DNA of 64,000 bases from Bacteroidaceae bacterium (GCA_017461605.1 JAFTXN010000001.1:117371-181370); one strand, 5' to 3'. Shown: positions 1 to 10,642, counted from the stretch's first letter. Notes: generated from the letters alone by a model not told the origin. Numbers and translations are program-made.

Positions 1-148
1 AATACAATGAAGATTTTACTATTTCGGTGGCAAAAATCGCACATAAACTTAAACGAAGAGCAAAGAACCTACTCCACTATCTTCCCATTAGTGTAACAGA
101 CTTTCTCAAACGAGTCGTTATCGGTTAAGGCCTTGACTTTATCAATTC

Positions 149-1402
149 TCAACCTCTCAGCATCCACCTCCAAGCCGGAAGTACATATATTACTTTACTA
201 CCCTCTGCTATTATATCTTCATCGGAATGAGTTATGATATAACCCTCATGAAGTCCGAAAGCGTTCATAGCGGACAACAAACCATGTATTTCACGTTCAC
301 GTGTGGCTTGATTGGTTAGAGATACTGATACTTGCAATGCCTGCCGTACCCGAAAGCCATCACGCACAATGAAATCACACTCTGAACTACCACCATTATT
401 GAAATAGAACAATTCTCCACCTCTGCGACGTAGTTCCACATAAATCATATTTTCCAATAGACGCCCCATATCTTCACTGAAATGATAACCTAACCGCAAA
501 GCAATTGCATTGTCTATACAATAGAACTTTTTTGGGGCATTCAGTTGAGCCTTTACGGAAGCATCTATTTTCCCCAGTGTGCAGAGCAAATACGTATTTT
601 CAACGTAAGATATATAATTCTTCACGGTCGTAGCATTTTTTACACCAATCACTTTGGTCAATGAATTGTATGTAAATAGTTTCCCTATATTGCTCACTGC
701 AAAATACATCAGTTCCTTGAGTTCGCGTTCATTCACTATCTGATTTCGCACCAAGACATCACGATAAAGGATGTTATCATAAAGTGTTCTGAGAATTTCA
801 GGGTTCTTGCTCTGCAAATACATCGGGAAACCACCATCCTGCATATATTCATTAAATAGACGCAACATCCGACTGCGTTGTATTGTGCCATCTATATCCT
901 CCAGAATATGCTTCTCACCTGAGAAATGAAGAAATTCAATAAAAGAGAATGGATATAACTCTATCGACACATAACAACCGGTAAGATATGTACCCAGCTC
1001 ACGACTCAACATGTTGGCGTTGCTTCCTGTAATGAAGACTTTCTTACCCGAGTTGTAAAGACGCTTTACAAAGTGCTCCCACCCCGAAACATTCTGTATT
1101 TCGTCAAAGAAGAAATGGTTCTGCTCACCATACATTTCCACAAAGACCTCATATAACAATTGGAAATGTTCCACACCAAAATCACGCAGACGATCATCAT
1201 CAAAATTAAAGAAGTAATCACTTCGAGTAAAGTTTTTCCGTATCTGCTGCAATAAAACCGACTTACCACAACGACGAACACCGGTGATAACTACTATTTC
1301 TTCCGAAGACAAGAGGTTCTCTGGGAACATTCGTTTCACAACTCGGGAGCGCTGAAATACCTCTTTCTGGTCAACGATGATGTTTCTCAATAACTGCTTC
1401 AT
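149..1402 (-). CDS. AAA+ ATP-binding protein (AAA_14 + DUF4143 type)
   Basis: Walker A GVRRCGKS, Walker B FFFDEIQ, ITGSN, and C-terminal LENMIYVELRRR...ECDFIV. Start placed at MKQLL (1402) because the longer ORF runs through a tandem repeat. Confidence 0.85.
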   Translation of the reverse strand: MKQLLRNIIVDQKEVFQRSRVVKRMFPENLLSSEEIVVITGVRRCGKSVLLQQIRKNFTRSDYFFNFDDDRLRDFGVEHFQLLYEVFVEMYGEQNHFFFDEIQNVSGWEHFVKRLYNSGKKVFITGSNANMLSRELGTYLTGCYVSIELYPFSFIEFLHFSGEKHILEDIDGTIQRSRMLRLFNEYMQDGGFPMYLQSKNPEILRTLYDNILYRDVLVRNQIVNERELKELMYFAVSNIGKLFTYNSLTKVIGVKNATTVKNYISYVENTYLLCTLGKIDASVKAQLNAPKKFYCIDNAIALRLGYHFSEDMGRLLENMIYVELRRRGGELFYFNNGGSSECDFIVRDGFRVRQALQVSVSLTNQATREREIHGLLSAMNAFGLHEGYIITHSDEDIIAEGSKVIYVLPAWRWMLRG

Positions 1403-1442
1403 GGTTTTTATATTGTGAATTTTACCACGCAAATATACATTA

Positions 1443-1533
1443 TTTCTATTCACAACCGAAGAACTTTTGGAAAAGTTTCTATTCATAACCGAAGAACTTT
1501 TGGAAAAGTTTCTATTCATAACCGAAGAACTTT
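1443..1533. repeat. 33-bp tandem repeat, about 2.8 copies
   Basis: TTTCTATTCAYAACCGAAGAACTTTTGGAAAAG at 1443 and 1476, partial copy at 1509. Confidence 0.95.
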
Positions 1534-1572
1534 AAAGAGAGACAACAGAACTTCACATCTATAAACACCTCT

Positions 1573-2391
1573 ATGACAACCAAATTTTCCGTGTTGCTAT
1601 CGGTATATCACCGCGAGCGACCCGACTTTTTGCACGCTGCGCTCGAGAGCGTTTTTCAACAAACCATTCCACCAACGGAGGTGGTGCTGGTGGAAGACGG
1701 GCCATTGACAGAAGCATTAAATAGTGTCATTACAGATTTCAAGAAAATCCATCCTGAGCTAAAGTCCATCCAGCTACACACAAACCAAGGACTGGGCCGT
1801 GCGTTGAATGAAGGTCTGAAACATTGTCATCACGAATTGGTTGCTCGAATGGATACGGACGACATAGCAAAGCCTTATAGGTTTGAACGTCAGCTGCAAG
1901 TGTTCAGAGAGCATCCGGAAGTGGATGTGTGCGGTGCGTGGCTTGATGAATTTTCCGAAGACATCAAGCACATACATTCGGTGAAACGACTACCGGAAAC
2001 CCACGCTGAACTATACAAATACGGACAACAACGCAATCCGGTCAATCATCCTGTGGTGATGTTCCGACGTGAGGCCGTACTGCACAATGGTAGCTATCGC
2101 GACTATCCTCTTTTCGAAGATTATTTCCTCTGGGTACGAATGCTTACCAATGGGTGCCATTTCTATTGTCTCCAAGAATCCTTACTCTATTTCAGAGCCT
2201 CTGAATATATGTTTGCCCGACGCGGCGGATGGAGATATGCTTTGGTGGAAATGCGCCTGCAATTTCTCTTCTATGGACTACGGTATATCAACTTCTGTAC
2301 CTTTCTGAAGAATATTTTCATCCGGTTTACGGCTCGCATCATGCCACACCGCATGCGTGTATGGCTCTACAAGAAAAAACTGAGGAAGTGA
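1573..2391 (+). CDS. Glycosyltransferase family 2 (AmsE-like)
   Basis: FSVLLSVY start, VLVEDG, ARMDTDD (DxD motif), NHPVVMFR, EDYFLW. Confidence 0.9.
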   Translation: MTTKFSVLLSVYHRERPDFLHAALESVFQQTIPPTEVVLVEDGPLTEALNSVITDFKKIHPELKSIQLHTNQGLGRALNEGLKHCHHELVARMDTDDIAKPYRFERQLQVFREHPEVDVCGAWLDEFSEDIKHIHSVKRLPETHAELYKYGQQRNPVNHPVVMFRREAVLHNGSYRDYPLFEDYFLWVRMLTNGCHFYCLQESLLYFRASEYMFARRGGWRYALVEMRLQFLFYGLRYINFCTFLKNIFIRFTARIMPHRMRVWLYKKKLRK

Positions 2392-2429
2392 AAACTTTAT
2401 TCCCTTAAACATACTAACGCTTAACAACC

Positions 2430-3056
2430 ATGCATAAACACCCTAAATTCATTCCCGACGGCATGAATGCCTTTGAGCGTAACACCAAGCGCATCATCGA
2501 CTGCCTGATTGCCGGGTTGTGTCTTATTATCTTCTCTCCGCTTTTCCTTTTCTGCTATATCGCAGTTCGACGTGAGGACGGCGGACCTGCCATCTTCAAG
2601 CAGGAGCGTATCGGACGCTTCGGTCGTCCGTTCAACATCTACAAATTTCGGTCTATGCGCATCGATGCCGAGGCTAGTGGTCCCAAACTTTATGCAAAAG
2701 GGGGCGATGAGCGGTTGACCCGCATCGGTAAGTTCCTGCGCGAACATCACCTTGATGAATTACCACAACTCTGGAACGTTTTCTGTGGGGACATGGCTTT
2801 TGTGGGACCGCGTCCGGAGCGCCAATTCTACATCGACCAAATCATGGAACATGATTCGCGATATCCGTTCCTCTATCAGATACGTCCGGGAGTAACATCG
2901 TATGCTACACTCTACAACGGTTACACAGACACCATTGAAAAAATGGTGCGCCGCATGCGCTACGATCTTTTCTATCTGCAACATCGCTCTTTCTGGTTCG
3001 ATCTGAAAATCCTTTGGCTGACGTTCTATCGTATTGTTAGCGGACTGAAGTTCTAA
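2430..3056 (+). CDS. Bacterial sugar transferase (initiating phosphoglycosyl transferase)
   Basis: KRIID followed by a TM helix, KFRSM, LDELPQLWNV, GPRPE, RPGVT. Confidence 0.92.
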   Translation: MHKHPKFIPDGMNAFERNTKRIIDCLIAGLCLIIFSPLFLFCYIAVRREDGGPAIFKQERIGRFGRPFNIYKFRSMRIDAEASGPKLYAKGGDERLTRIGKFLREHHLDELPQLWNVFCGDMAFVGPRPERQFYIDQIMEHDSRYPFLYQIRPGVTSYATLYNGYTDTIEKMVRRMRYDLFYLQHRSFWFDLKILWLTFYRIVSGLKF

Positions 3057-3128
3057 AGGTGTACGTATCAACACTATTTCACTATCGCAAACATTAACAA
3101 GGAGCACTCTGCTAGAAGTTGTATAACC

Positions 3129-4220
3129 ATGGCAGCCCATCAATTATTCTTCCAGCTCATTCGTGTATACATCGGGCGTATTTCTTCTCTCAATAACATT
3201 CCTACAGAAAAGGAATGGGAAGAATTGTACCACATGGCCGTGAAGCAAACCTTGGCCGGAGTTCTTTTTCATGCCATTGAGAAACTGCCTGCAGAGCAGC
3301 GACCACCACGACCATTACTTCTGCAATGGTTTGCGCTGGCTGAGAACATTCGCAAACAGAACTCCTTGCTCAACACTGAGTGCGTCCGTATTCAGAAACT
3401 TTTGGAAACTGAGGGTCTGCACTCTGTGATTTTGAAAGGACAAGGCGTGGCGACTTATTACCCCACCCCTCTGCTCCGAACTCCCGGCGACATCGACCTA
3501 TGGATACGTGCTGCACGAAAAGATACGTTGGCATATGCTATGCTACATAATAGGAATGTCGATACGTGTTACCTCCATACAATTTTTGATATTAGCGACA
3601 TCACTACCATCGAAGCACACTTCACACCATCGCGGCTGAATGTGCCTTGGCGGAACCATAGGCTGCAGCATTTTTTCTCTCAAGCCAAAGCTGACAAATG
3701 GGAGACCAACATGACTTTGCCAAGCACTACGGACACGGTCTGTGTTCCAACACCGGCTTTCAATCGGCTATACCTGTTATTGCACATCTACCGACATCTT
3801 TTCGGTGAGGGTATCGGTTTGCGCCAACTAATGGACTACCACTATTGTCTGCTGCAACCATTTTCTCTAGAAGAGAATGAAGAAACCATACGGCTTCTCA
3901 GACAATGGGGACTGATGCATTTTGCTGGAGCTGTGACTTGGGTGGTACAGCAGGTATTCGGTACCGATGCACAACATTGCTTTGTTTCTCCCAAAGAACA
4001 AGAGGGAAAATTTCTGCTGCAAGAGATTATGTCAGGGGGTAATTTCGGGAAATACGAAACACGCTTCAAAGGTATTCATAGTTCCCGACGACTACATCGT
4101 TTCTGTGCTCATTCGTGTCGCAACTTGATGTTTGCTCGTTATCATTTGAGGGAGGTGTTTTGGGGTGTTCCTTGGACCATCGGACATTATATGTGGCGAC
4201 GTTGGAATTGGTATCTGTAA
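3129..4220 (+). CDS. Uncharacterised nucleotidyltransferase family protein
   Basis: ILKGQG...R.PGDIDL, IEAH, HLFGEGIGLRQLMD motifs. Confidence 0.8.
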   Translation: MAAHQLFFQLIRVYIGRISSLNNIPTEKEWEELYHMAVKQTLAGVLFHAIEKLPAEQRPPRPLLLQWFALAENIRKQNSLLNTECVRIQKLLETEGLHSVILKGQGVATYYPTPLLRTPGDIDLWIRAARKDTLAYAMLHNRNVDTCYLHTIFDISDITTIEAHFTPSRLNVPWRNHRLQHFFSQAKADKWETNMTLPSTTDTVCVPTPAFNRLYLLLHIYRHLFGEGIGLRQLMDYHYCLLQPFSLEENEETIRLLRQWGLMHFAGAVTWVVQQVFGTDAQHCFVSPKEQEGKFLLQEIMSGGNFGKYETRFKGIHSSRRLHRFCAHSCRNLMFARYHLREVFWGVPWTIGHYMWRRWNWYL

Positions 4221-4262
4221 TACTCTGATTTATTCCAAGATTGTCGGTATAATTTTACTAAG

Positions 4263-4296
4263 AAGTCGGGGGCTGAAATTCAGCCCCCGACTTTTT
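4263..4296. terminator. Intrinsic terminator between convergent genes
   Basis: AAGTCGGGGGCTGAA / TTCAGCCCCCGACTT stem followed by a T-run. Confidence 0.85.
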
Positions 4297-4315
4297 CGTA
4301 TCCATTCCGCCGATC

Positions 4316-6562
4316 TCAATCCACGCGGACGGCTTTTGTAACCTGTTCGATCTGCTTCAGAGAGTCGCAGACGGTTTTCACATCCTCGGTGTCGTAAACT
4401 GAGATGTCGATGCTGCCTTCGAAGATTCCGTCGTTCGTCTCCAGCGTGATGCGTTTGATGACAAAAGCATTCTGCTTGTGAAGTACGTCAGCGATGGAGT
4501 AAAGCACGCCTCGGCTGTCGATGCCTCTGATATAAATCTTGGTATCGAAGAGCATTGCTTTGTGCATATCCCAGTCGGCGGCCAGAATGTTGTTGCCGTA
4601 ACGTGTCTTGTGCTTCGTGGCCGTTTCACAATTCCGTTTGTGTATTTCCAAGGTCTTGTCGTCCATGATGCAGCCCATCACATCGTCTCCTGGTATAGGG
4701 TTACAGCACGGAGCAACGACACACTGTGCCATTGTCTCTTCGTTCAATGTCAGCACCTTCTTTCGGTTCAGGCTCTTCACGAAAGCGCTTGCGTCCGTGA
4801 TTTTCTTGTCGTCCTTGCGCCCAATGAAGGGGAAGAGTTTGCGCCATCCGCTACGCTTCTTGCCACGCAGCACATCGATTTCGGCATCTCCGAGCACCAC
4901 TTTTCCTTCACCAATGGCCAGGAACAAATCTGCCGGAGCCGGAAAGTGATGAGCGTGCGTGAGTTTGGAGAAAGCGGCGGCCGAGGCCTCAAACCCTTTG
5001 CCGGTCAAGAAAGTACGCAGGACCTCTTCGCCCTTACGCTGCTTCTCACGCCGTTCGCGACGAAGTATGGCCTCGATTTTGCACTTGGCTTTGGCCGTCA
5101 TGGCAAAGCCGAGCCATTCGGGCTGCACTCGCTGGGTGCGCGAGGTGAGTATCTCCACCTGATCGCCGCCCTTGAGGCGATAACTCAGCGGCACGAGGCG
5201 GTGATTGACCTTGGCACCGATGCAATGGCTACCCAGGAAGGAGTGGATGGAGAATGCGAAGTCGAGAGCCGTGGAGCCGGAGGGCATCGTTTTGAGCTCA
5301 CCTTTCGGAGTGAAGACTTGAATTTCGGAAGTGAACAGATTGAGTTTGATGGTATCCAGCAGGTCGAGCGTATCGGGCTGAGGGTCGTCCAAAATTTCGC
5401 GGATGGAGTCGAGCCATCTGTTCAGTTCGTTCTCATCGTACGCAGCTCCTGCATCCTTGTATTTCCAATGCGCCGCCAAACCTTGTTCGGCGATGTCGTC
5501 CATTCTGTCGGAGCGTATTTGCACTTCGATCCACGCTCCTGAGGAAAGCATAAAGGTTTCGTGCAAAGCCTGATATCCATTGGCCTTGGGTTGCGTGAGC
5601 CAGTCGCGTCGACGGCCGGGGTGTTTCTTGAATATCTGCGACAGTGCAGCATCGATGATGTAGGCCTCATCAATTTCCTGCTCGCGGTTGCGAGGTGTGA
5701 ACACCACACGCATGGCCAGGAGGTCGTAGATTTCGTCGAAGGGGATGTGCTTCTTCTGCATCTTCGACCAAATGCTGTAAGGGCTCTTCACACGGGAGGT
5801 AAGTCGGTAGCTTATGCCGCGCGAGTCGAGTTGGGTGCGAATGAGTGGTGTAATGCTTTCGATGATTTTCTCACGCTCCTTCGCCGAGTGTGAAAGCTTT
5901 TCCAAGATGGCCTCATACTCTTCCGGATGTTGATAGCGGAAGGAGAGATTTTCCAGCTCGGTCTTGATTTTGTTCAGGCCCAATCGGTCGGCCAACGGGG
6001 CGAAGATATAGAATGTCTCACCGGCAATCTTGTACTGCTTGCTTGGGAGCATGCTCGACAGCGTCCGCATGTTGTGCAAGCGGTCGGCAATCTTGATGAG
6101 GATAACGCGGATGTCATCGCTCATGGTCAGGAGGAGTTTCTTGAAAGTCTCGGCCTGCAACGATGCACGATCGCCGAAGATGCCTCCCGAAATCTTTGTC
6201 AGTCCCTCGACAATGTTTGCCACTTTCGGGCCAAAGAGGTTTGACAGGTCTTCGTTGGTATAATCAGTATCTTCCTCCACATCGTGCAAAAGTGCAGCAC
6301 AGATGGAGGTGGAGCCAAGTCCGATCTCCTCACACGTGATCTGCGCCACAGCAATGGGGTGCAGGATATAGGGTTCGCCGGAAAGACGGCGCACGCCTTT
6401 GTGCGCCTGCTTGGCAAAGTTGAAGGCTTTGGTGATGACATCCACCTTGCGTCGGTGGTTGGAAGCCATGTATGTATCAATCAGCTTCTGGAAAGCCGCA
6501 CTTATCATCTCCTCATCCTTGATTTCCTGAGGCGTAAGTTGTTTGTTGGGCTTGTCTGTCAT
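4316..6562 (-). CDS. relA: Bifunctional (p)ppGpp synthetase/hydrolase, RelA/SpoT family
   Basis: RLSGEPYILHP, LLHDV, KIADRLHNMRTL, NGYQALH, EVQIR, AAHWKYK, followed by TGS and ACT domains. Confidence 0.95.
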   Translation of the reverse strand: MTDKPNKQLTPQEIKDEEMISAAFQKLIDTYMASNHRRKVDVITKAFNFAKQAHKGVRRLSGEPYILHPIAVAQITCEEIGLGSTSICAALLHDVEEDTDYTNEDLSNLFGPKVANIVEGLTKISGGIFGDRASLQAETFKKLLLTMSDDIRVILIKIADRLHNMRTLSSMLPSKQYKIAGETFYIFAPLADRLGLNKIKTELENLSFRYQHPEEYEAILEKLSHSAKEREKIIESITPLIRTQLDSRGISYRLTSRVKSPYSIWSKMQKKHIPFDEIYDLLAMRVVFTPRNREQEIDEAYIIDAALSQIFKKHPGRRRDWLTQPKANGYQALHETFMLSSGAWIEVQIRSDRMDDIAEQGLAAHWKYKDAGAAYDENELNRWLDSIREILDDPQPDTLDLLDTIKLNLFTSEIQVFTPKGELKTMPSGSTALDFAFSIHSFLGSHCIGAKVNHRLVPLSYRLKGGDQVEILTSRTQRVQPEWLGFAMTAKAKCKIEAILRRERREKQRKGEEVLRTFLTGKGFEASAAAFSKLTHAHHFPAPADLFLAIGEGKVVLGDAEIDVLRGKKRSGWRKLFPFIGRKDDKKITDASAFVKSLNRKKVLTLNEETMAQCVVAPCCNPIPGDDVMGCIMDDKTLEIHKRNCETATKHKTRYGNNILAADWDMHKAMLFDTKIYIRGIDSRGVLYSIADVLHKQNAFVIKRITLETNDGIFEGSIDISVYDTEDVKTVCDSLKQIEQVTKAVRVD

Positions 6563-6697
6563 ATATTTTTCCTCCTTGATAAGAAACGGATGAAATGCCT
6601 GCGCACTTCATTTGGCGCAGGGGGTATCATTATAATAATGGTAACGACGAGCGTAGACGCTCCGCCGAAAAACTGCTAAGGCGCAATGGCAAACCGA

Positions 6698-8062
6698 CTA
6701 CTTGACACGGATTTTCTTTCCTGCACGGATATTGTTTCCCTTCAATCCGTTGAGTTTGCGAAGTTTGCTCACACTGGTGCCGTGTCGGCGTGCGATTTCG
6801 CTCAAAGTATCTCCTTGGCGCACCGTTACAGTCTTGTTTCGACCACCTTTGCGTGAATCATTGCGACTGCCGCGTCGGCCTCTCGTTGCGCTACGATCGT
6901 TGTTGCGCGAGCCGTTGCGGGGGGCTTGGCGCACTGCCGAACTTCTGCCCTCAGCCACTTGCACCGTGGCACGACGCGTGAAGAGCGAATCTGCACGATA
7001 GTTGTAGATGGAGTCGCCCCAGTCCACAAAGGTCAGAACAGTTTCCTGCGGCAAGCGAACGGTGCAGGGCCGCTGCGCTCCGGGAATAAGGCCGGTGCGA
7101 TACTGGGGGTTCAGGGCCTTCACTGCCTTGTAGTCGATGCCACATAGGTCGGCAATTTGCGAGAAGTGCAAATTGCGGTTCACCACTATGGTGTCCGTAC
7201 TGATGGGATGACTCGTGACCATCGGGCATATGTTGTGCTCACAATAATAATTCATTATGTAATTTGCCGCAATGAATGCCGGAACATATCCACGCGTCTC
7301 TTTGGGCAGATAGGGGTAGATGGCCCAATAGTCCTTCGCACCGGCACGATGCATCGCCTTGTTTACGTTGCCGGGGCCGCAGTTGTAAGCTGCAATCACC
7401 AAGGTCCAATCGCCATAAATCTTATAGAGGTCTCGCAAGAACTTGGCGGCGGCATACGACGACTTGATAGGGTCGCGTCGTTCATCGATGAGACTATTTA
7501 CTTCCAAGCCATAGCGTTTTCCTGTAGCAAGCATAAACTGCCACAGACCGGCTGCCCCGACTCTGCTCGTCGCAGTGGGGTCGAGTGCCGACTCGATGAC
7601 GGGAAGATACTTCAGTTCCAACGGAACTCCGTAATAGTCGAGTGCTTCTTCGAAGATGGGAATATAAAGATTGCAAGCACCGAGCATATAGGAAACAGAG
7701 CGTCTCAGGCGGCCGCTATACTGGTCGATGAAGCGCTGCACAATGCTGTTGTAGGGAAACTCCATCACAGCCGGAATGCGCTGCAGGCGTTCCTGATATA
7801 CCTCAGGAGCAAAGGTGGGATTGTAGTCGGGGTTCTCACAAGTGCTGTCGGGACGGAGATATGTCTGTGCGTGCCATTCCATCAACAAGGAATCGACGTT
7901 GTAGGTCATACTCTCGGGTAAGTCCACTCCGCCATCATCGGCAACAATGGTATCCTCGAGCAGCACATCCACTTCCTCGTCGTCCACATCAATCACCTCT
8001 TGGGCCGAAACTGCCGAGGCCGTGGCAAAACACGCGGTAAGGTATATAAAAAAATTCTTCAT
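6698..8062 (-). CDS. mltD: Lytic murein transglycosylase with LysM domain (MltD-like)
   Basis: Signal peptide, PVIESA, GAAGLWQFM, AAYNCG, ETRGYVP, C-terminal LysM (VRQGDTLSEIA). Confidence 0.9.
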   Translation of the reverse strand: MKNFFIYLTACFATASAVSAQEVIDVDDEEVDVLLEDTIVADDGGVDLPESMTYNVDSLLMEWHAQTYLRPDSTCENPDYNPTFAPEVYQERLQRIPAVMEFPYNSIVQRFIDQYSGRLRRSVSYMLGACNLYIPIFEEALDYYGVPLELKYLPVIESALDPTATSRVGAAGLWQFMLATGKRYGLEVNSLIDERRDPIKSSYAAAKFLRDLYKIYGDWTLVIAAYNCGPGNVNKAMHRAGAKDYWAIYPYLPKETRGYVPAFIAANYIMNYYCEHNICPMVTSHPISTDTIVVNRNLHFSQIADLCGIDYKAVKALNPQYRTGLIPGAQRPCTVRLPQETVLTFVDWGDSIYNYRADSLFTRRATVQVAEGRSSAVRQAPRNGSRNNDRSATRGRRGSRNDSRKGGRNKTVTVRQGDTLSEIARRHGTSVSKLRKLNGLKGNNIRAGKKIRVK

Positions 8063-8071
8063 AATTCTGAT

Positions 8072-8827
8072 TTAAAAATTGAGGGAGCAGCCCACGCCAT
8101 AGGCTTTCGAGGGCATCGTTCCTTGGTTTTCGAATGTTGTGGGGGCCACCTTCATGCTCAGATCCGGCGAGATGTCAAACTCCGAAAGCTGTGCATCGAC
8201 ATACGCATCGATGACCGAGAGCAGATAGACACCGATGAAGCAAAACGCACTCAGGTCGCGGTAGCGGCGATAGTAGTTCTTCTTGTTCTTGAACACCTTC
8301 TTGAACTGTTCCTCACGCCCTGTGATGTCATAGCGCGGTGGGAGCATCCCCATGTAACTCTGGGTACGCGGATCGTCGTCCATGATGTCGAGATATGCCT
8401 GCGAATAGTCGCGATACATCTGTTGGTTCCACATCAGGGCATAGGTGCATCCCAAGAATCCACCATACACAATGGGAATCTTCCAATACTTCCGGTTGTA
8501 TATCTGTCCGGCCCCCGGAAGCACCAACGAGAGCCACAAGGCTCGCTTGGGGTCGGGCACGAAACGTGCTTTGGGGAGTTCGGCCGGCACATCGCCCACT
8601 TGCAATGAGTCGGCGGCTTTCAGTGGGCGGTGGAGGGCACGCAGAGTGCTGTCGTTGCGAGCAGCGATGCTGTCATCGGCATGTTCGGTATAGTCAGCCG
8701 TAACAAAAAGACTATCCACAGGTGGCGGAACACTGTCCGTCGCTTGCGCCATAGCCCGGCTTCCTACGCCTACCGACACCATGAGCCACAGCACGATGGT
8801 GCAAACCATTCGCCACAATTGCATCAT
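8072..8827 (-). CDS. DUF5683-type protein
   Basis: PKRALWLSLVLPGAGQIYNRKYWK and IDAYVDA motifs; usual Bacteroidales position after parB. Confidence 0.8.
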   Translation of the reverse strand: MMQLWRMVCTIVLWLMVSVGVGSRAMAQATDSVPPPVDSLFVTADYTEHADDSIAARNDSTLRALHRPLKAADSLQVGDVPAELPKARFVPDPKRALWLSLVLPGAGQIYNRKYWKIPIVYGGFLGCTYALMWNQQMYRDYSQAYLDIMDDDPRTQSYMGMLPPRYDITGREEQFKKVFKNKKNYYRRYRDLSAFCFIGVYLLSVIDAYVDAQLSEFDISPDLSMKVAPTTFENQGTMPSKAYGVGCSLNF

Positions 8828-9720
8828 CGTCTCATCTTGTCGAACAAAGCCACAATGCGTTCCAAGTCTTCTTCCGAATTGAACGGAATGCTGATCTTGC
8901 CCTTTCCGCCGGCAGTGCAGGTCATCTGCACCTTGCTGCGGAAAAAGTCGGAAAGGCGCTCTCTGAGCACGTTGTATTCCTCCGGAAGCCGCGAGGCCGA
9001 TTTACCACCCAGCTGCTTGCGGCCGCTTTTCACCACATCGCCGCTGTTGATGGCTTTTACCATCTCCTCAACCTGGCGCACGGAGTAGCCGTTTTCCTGT
9101 ATCTCGCCGAAAAGCTTCACCTGCATCGAGGGCTGACTGAGTCCCAACAGGGCACGCGCATGTCCCTGATCCACTTGTCGGTTCTGCAAGGCCACTTGCA
9201 CCTGTGCCGGCAACTTGAGCAAGCGCAGGTAGTTGGCAATGGTGGCACGCTTCTTACCCACTTTCTCACTGAGTTGATCCTGCGTCAGGTCGTATTTCTC
9301 AATCAGGTTTTGGTATGCCAGGGCTATCTCGATGGCATTGAGGTCTTCGCGCTGTATGTTTTCGACCAGTGCCATCTGCATCACGTTTTCGTCGTCGGCG
9401 GTGCGGATGTAAGCCGGTATCGTCTTAAGTCCTGCCATCTGCGAGGCGCGCCATCGGCGTTCGCCGGCGATGATTTGATAAGTGCCATCGTCCATTTTGC
9501 GCAGGGTGATGGGTTGGATGATGCCTATCTCGCGGATGCTGTCGGCCAGTTCCGAGAGTGCCTCTGCGTCAAACTCGCGACGAGGCTGGTTGGGGTTGGC
9601 CTTTATCTTCTCTATGGAAATTTCGTTGATGGAAGAGGAACCGCCGGTATGCACGTCTTCGGTGGAAATCAGCGCGTCCAGTCCGCGTCCCAATGCGGGA
9701 AATTTCTTTTGTGCAGCCAT
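8824..9720 (-). CDS. parB: Chromosome partitioning protein ParB
   Basis: LGRGLDALI, NPNQPRR, IIAGERRWRA, ENIQREDL, HTH. Confidence 0.96.
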   Translation of the reverse strand: MAAQKKFPALGRGLDALISTEDVHTGGSSSINEISIEKIKANPNQPRREFDAEALSELADSIREIGIIQPITLRKMDDGTYQIIAGERRWRASQMAGLKTIPAYIRTADDENVMQMALVENIQREDLNAIEIALAYQNLIEKYDLTQDQLSEKVGKKRATIANYLRLLKLPAQVQVALQNRQVDQGHARALLGLSQPSMQVKLFGEIQENGYSVRQVEEMVKAINSGDVVKSGRKQLGGKSASRLPEEYNVLRERLSDFFRSKVQMTCTAGGKGKISIPFNSEEDLERIVALFDKMRR

Positions 9721-9732
9721 GTGTCAAAGTCT

Positions 9733-10497
9733 TTATTGGTTCTTCATAATTATCTCCTTGGCCAGGGCAAGATGGTTCTTGGCACCGGTCGACATAGCGT
9801 CGTAGAGGATCACCGGGAGTCCGTGGCTCGGAGCCTCCGACAGCTTCACGTTGCGCTGGATAACGGTCTTGAACACCAGCTCCTGGAAGTGTCGTTTCAC
9901 CTCGTCGTATATCTGATTGGCCAGACGCAAGCGCGAATCGTACATCGTGAGCAGGAAGCCTTCCAGCTCGAGTTCCGGATTGAGTTTCTGCTTAATGATT
10001 TTTATGGTACTCAGAAGTTTGGAAATTCCCTCCAAAGCGAAGTATTCGCACTGCACGGGGATAATCACTGAGTTGGCTGCCGTGAGAGCGTTCACCGTAA
10101 TGAGACCCAACGAGGGTGAGCAGTCGATCAATATGTAGTCGTACTCCGATTTCAGTGGCTCGAGGATGGATTTTATCACAAACTCTCTGCGCTCCAGGTT
10201 CAGCATTTCCACTTCTGCGCCCACCAGGTTGATGTGCGACGGAATGATGTCGAGCCGTTCGATGTCGGTCGTGTAGATTGCTTCGCGCACATCCGCCTTA
10301 TCGATGATGCATTCGTAGATGGAGCAGTCCACCTTGCCGATATCCACGCCCAGTCCAGACGACGCGTTGGCCTGCGGGTCGGCATCGATCAGCAATACTT
10401 TTTTCTCCAGCGTGGCCAGCGAAGCTGCCAGATTCATTGAGGTGGTGGTTTTTCCCACGCCACCTTTTTGGTTTGCAAGTGCTATGATTTTGCTCAT
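9733..10497 (-). CDS. parA: ParA/Soj ATPase
   Basis: MSKIIALANQKGGVGKTT, DADPQAN, IDCSPSLG. True start is 10497, inside the longer ORF call. Confidence 0.96.
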   Translation of the reverse strand: MSKIIALANQKGGVGKTTTSMNLAASLATLEKKVLLIDADPQANASSGLGVDIGKVDCSIYECIIDKADVREAIYTTDIERLDIIPSHINLVGAEVEMLNLERREFVIKSILEPLKSEYDYILIDCSPSLGLITVNALTAANSVIIPVQCEYFALEGISKLLSTIKIIKQKLNPELELEGFLLTMYDSRLRLANQIYDEVKRHFQELVFKTVIQRNVKLSEAPSHGLPVILYDAMSTGAKNHLALAKEIIMKNQ

Positions 10498-10593
10498 TGT
10501 TCTTGTTTTTTTCAGAGGCAAAGCGCTTCTCCCCACGACGGACCTTCCGTCCGCCAGAAGCCTTTTCGGCGAGAGCACACTCCACCCATTTTG

Positions 10594-10601
10594 CAAAGGT
10601 A
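10594..10601 (-). promoter_or_regulatory. Bacteroidetes -7 promoter box for parA
   Basis: TACCTTTG on the minus strand matches TAnnTTTG. Confidence 0.6.
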
Positions 10602-10642
10602 ACAATTTTTCCGTTATCCCGTAGGCATTAAAGTTTTTTTCG

